Position numbers and translations under genes: made by a program. A stretch of DNA of 64,000 nt from positions 118,544,001 to 118,608,000 of the forward strand of contig NC_082707.1 of the NCBI RefSeq assembly GCF_030144855.1, in the 5' to 3' direction. Each line of letters starts with the position of its first letter. Positions within the stretch are counted from its first letter, which is position 1. Of this stretch, positions 60,129 to 64,000 are shown piece by piece. Source of the stretch: Hypanus sabinus (lineage: Eukaryota). Under the pieces are notes generated by a model. The model saw only the letters and a program-made list of their open reading frames with translations, did no database searches and was not told the DNA's origin.

Positions 60129-60674
60129 CTTTGAAACCAGCACAGTTTTCAATTCCATTTGCAATACAGCTGTTCATGCAACAAGTCACATAGATCTAAG
60201 TTTTCAGATCTAAGTACCATGTAATGACCATTTCTAATGAGAGAACTCAAACTGCCTGCAATTGGTGTTCAAAGCATAGACATTGCTAAGTCCCCTTCTA
60301 TCAATGTATGAGTTACCACTGTTGAAACGTATCTCAACTTGCCTTTTGTTTTCTTTGTGACAACAAGGGCTTGTCAGATTCTGAGTTTCATTTCTTGTCA
60401 CTTGATTGCCCAAGCCTTTCCAATGTCTACAAGATTCACCATGTTGCATTGCAATAATGGCAGGTTTGCTCCATGAGGAGAATTGCAGTAGAGTAGGAAC
60501 AGGTCAGGAGTGCAATGAAAAACTCTTCACTTGCCTGAATTTAGTGCAACTTCAATAGTGCTTGAGGATCTGGTACCATCTAGGTTAATACAGCCACCTT
60601 GATTGGCACCAATTCTTCATATTAAATATTCACTCCCTCTACTACCAGTGTGCCATAGTTGAGGTAAAGCAGTC

Positions 60675-63600
60675 TAATGTTCAAAGTAAATTTATTATCA
60701 AAGTACATATCTGTCACCATTTGCATCCCTGAGCTTAATTTTCTTGTGGGCATACTCAATAAATCTGTGGAATAATAACCATGAAAGAATTGGTGAAAGA
60801 CCACCAATCTCAGCTTTTCAACCAGAGTGCAGAAGGTAGCAAACTGTACAAATACAAAAAGAAGAAACAACAATAATAAATAAATAACCAATGAATATCA
60901 AAAACATGAGAGGAATAGTCCTTGAAAGTGAGTCCATTAATTGTGAGAACGTTTCAATGATGCAGCAAGTGAGGTTATCCCCTTTGTTTCAAGAGACTGA
61001 TGGCTGAGAAATGATAACTATTCCTGAACCTGGTGGTATGAGTGCTTGGGATCTTGTACCTTCTTCCTGATGGCAGCAGTGAGAAGAGAGCATGTCTTAG
61101 GTGGTGGGAGTCCCTGATGATGGATGTTGCTTTCCTGTGACAGCATTACATGTAACTGGGCTTAATGGTGGGGAGAGCTTTTCCGTGATGGACTGGGCCA
61201 TATCCACTACTGTTTGTAGGATTTTCTCTTCAAGAGCATTGCTCTTTTCATACCAGGCTGTGATGCATCCATTCAATATACTCTCCACTACACATCTATC
61301 GAATTTTGCCAAAGTTTTAGATGTGATGCTGAAACTCTGCAAACTCCTTCGGAAGTACAGGTGCGGTGTGTGCTTTCTTAGTAATTGCACTTGTGTGCTG
61401 GGCCCAAGACAGGTCCTCCAAAATAATCACACTTAGGAATTTAAAGTTGCTAACCCCCTGCTCTTCTGATCTTCTGATGAGGACTCATGGACCTCAGGTT
61501 TCCTTCTCCTGAAGTCTATAATTAATTCCTTTGTCTTGCTGACATTGTGAAAGACTTTGTTGTTGCGACACCACTCAGCAAGATTTTCAGTCTACCTCTG
61601 GTATGCTGTTTCATCACCATCTTTGATTCAGCCTATGACAATGGTGTCATCAGCAGACTTGGAATATACCATTGGAGCTATGCTTAGCCACACAGTCAAA
61701 AGTGTAAAGCGAGTAGAGCAGGGGACTAAGCACACTGCCTTGTGGTGCACCTAAGCCTATGGAGATCATAGAGGAGATGTTGTTGTCAATCTGAACTGAT
61801 TGGGATCTGCAAGTGAGGAAATCTGGGATCCAATTCCAGACAGAAGTATTGAGGCCAACGTCTTGGATCTTACTAATTAGTTTTGAGAGGATGATGGTAT
61901 TGAACGCTGTAGAGATGTTACAGGGTTGAGTGAAGAGCAAATGAGATGGCATCTGCTATGGACCTGTTGCTCCTGTAGGCAAACAGGAGCAGATCTAAGT
62001 CATCATCAACCTCTCAAAACAATTCAACACTGTGGATGTAAGTCCTACTGGGTGATAGTCATTAAGGCAGGTTACCACACTCTTCTAGGGCACCGGTACA
62101 ATTGAAGCTTGCAAGAAGCAGGAGGGTACCCTCCAACACCAAAGCAAGAGGTTAAAGATCTCACTGAACACTCCAGCCAGTTGAGCAGCATAGGTCATTG
62201 GCACTTGGCCAGGTATCCCAGCTGGGCTGGATACTTTCATGTGTTCACCCTCCCTGGAGGCTGCTTGCACATCAGCTTCAGAGCCTGAAATCTGAGGATC
62301 GTCAGGGGATGTGGGAGTTTGTGATGGTTCCTCCATGTTTTAATGGTCAAAGGAAGTATAGGAGGCAATGAGCTCACCTGGAAGCGGACCCCTTCTGTCC
62401 CTGTGTTGCTTGATTTAATTTTAAAAGAGACAATGGTATTCATGCCCTGCTGAGCATCCTTTGCTGATTCAAATTTGGTCCGGAATTGCCGCCTTACCCG
62501 TGAGATGGCTTTTTAGAGATCATACCTGGACCTCTCTTCACTTTTTTGGTCAGCTTGAATGCCCTTAATCGGGTTCTCGGCAAATTTCGAATCTCATGGT
62601 TCATCCAGAGCTTCTGATTGGGGAAGACTCCGAATGATTTTGTGGGACACCCTCATCTACAGCTGTTTTAATAAAATTTGTTACAACCATGTATTCATTC
62701 AGAATCCCAGATGAGCTCTTAAACACAGCCCAGTGACTTGATGCAATCCCGCAGCTGTTCCTCTGCCTCCTGCAACCATCTTTTAGCTGTCCTAATGTCC
62801 GGAGCTTTGCTCTTTAGCCTCTGCCTGTACGCAAGTAGGAGAAGGACAGCCAAGTGATCCGATTTACTGAAATGCAGTCTGGGCATGGAACTGTAGGCAT
62901 TCCTTATCTTAGTATAACAGTGGTCTAGTGTGTTGGGACCTCTAGTGCTACAGGTTAGATGCAGGATTTCCTTCAAACAAGCCTGCTTGAAGTCTCCGAC
63001 TATAATTTGAAATGTGTCGGAATGGACTGTTTCTTGTTTGGAGACATCATCAGGCAGTATTACAAGTGCTTGATTATAGTTGGCCACTGGTGGTATGTAA
63101 ACTGCAGTCAGGATTACAGTTGACAACTCCTTCAGTAAATGGAACGGAGGCATTTGACTGATGGGTGTTCCAAGTCAGGGGAATATGAGTTCGACAAAAC
63201 CGTCTCATTGGAGTTCCACTGAGAGTTTATGGAACACATACCTCCATGTTTTCCTTTATCTGAATCAGCAGTTTGGTCCATTCTATAAATCGAGAAGCCT
63301 TCAGGTCTGATTGTTGTATCTGGCGTGACTGGAGAAAGCTACGTCTCGGTCAGACATACAACAGGATCTTATTTCTCTCTGATACAACAACATTGCCCTC
63401 AGGCCTCAATTTTATTCTCCAGCGACTGCACATTTGACAACAAGGTACTGGGTAGAGGAGGCCTCGTCCCTCTGCGTTTCAGCCTGGCTAGTAGGTCCTC
63501 CCCCATCCCCACCCCCACTTCCGGCCATGGCAATGAACCTTCGTCTGCTTAAAGGTGTCATACCTGCCTTGTTCACTGAGTCCTTCAGACGATCGTGAGA

Positions 63601-63845
63601 TCTGTAGATTATTAAGTTGTTTTAAAAATATATTGTTTAGAGGGAAGTTGCTTGCTGCAGATTGCAGTGAGAGTAATTTACAAGAGGAATGAATAAACTT
63701 TTCTCTGGCTTCCAATCAGGTATATATATGCCAGAAAAGTACTAGATCCTCTTTTACAAGAGATATATTTAAAAAGTATACTTGGAGCCATTGTCTGTAG
63801 CCCACTGAAAGTCACCGATAATCACTGGCGCCATCTTAAATCGGG
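60675..63845 (-). pseudogene. Near full-span Rex1/Babar LINE (APE endonuclease, RT, C-terminus, 3' UTR), decayed
   Basis: EN: TAVYIPP..IIVGDF..TRGPNTLDHCY..KSDHLAVLL. RT: QLAGVFSEIFNL..IVPVP, TAFNTII..WNWIPDFL..GAPQGSVLSPLLYSLYT. C-term: VESILNGCITAWY. 5' end aagatggcgcc (plus-strand 63827-63838). Confidence 0.9.
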
Positions 63846-63879
63846 TCTGCAAGATGGTTCATTAGAGTCACTTGCTGAA

Positions 63880-64000
63880 ACTGTTTGGTATGGAGGCACC
63901 AGTGCACAGGACTGGAGGAAAACTGCAGAGTGCTGTAAAATCAGCCAGTTCCATCAGAAGTACTAGTCTCCCCACGATCAAGGACATCTTCAATAGGTGT
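63880..64000 (+). pseudogene. Rex1/Babar C-terminal fragment running off the window
   Basis: actgtttggtatggaggcacc..aaactgcagagtgctgtaaaatcagcc (TVWYG..KLQ..VKSA). Confidence 0.65.

Noticed and set aside
423-63715. The many 60-240 aa ORFs as host genes
   Set aside because: Those with recognisable motifs are frameshifted TE fragments or their antisense frames. The rest have no recognisable domain and are of chance length.

Overview
Repeat-rich, AT-rich vertebrate genomic DNA with no recognisable host protein-coding exon, most likely intronic or intergenic. The repeat repertoire (HE1-like V-SINEs with HER1/CR1 partner LINEs, SacSINE1-like DeuSINEs, Rex1/Babar, Neptune-type Penelope-like elements) points to a cartilaginous fish such as a ray or shark; this is an inference. 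Every ORF I can assign is a broken transposable-element fragment: CR1 and Rex1/Babar LINEs, Penelope-like elements (PLEs), Tc1 and Tigger DNA transposons and MITEs, a Gypsy LTR element and a HERO-like RLE fragment. Main points: (1) ten copies of a minimal type-I hammerhead-ribozyme (HHR) motif, consensus gtc-CTGATGA-A-GGG-tctcag-CCC-GAAA-C-GTC-gac, in PLE 3' repeats. Five loci are short non-coding units whose 5' boundary sits at the ribozyme edge, and three of those have fold-back or inverted architecture. (2) A decayed Gypsy element whose Gag, PR and RT motifs resemble flatworm/nematode/insect Mag-type elements, a horizontal-transfer candidate, split in its RNase H by a CR1. (3) A HERO-like 3' end with a 15-bp hairpin. 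(4) Multilayer nested transposons. Repeat boundaries were set by eye and are approximate.
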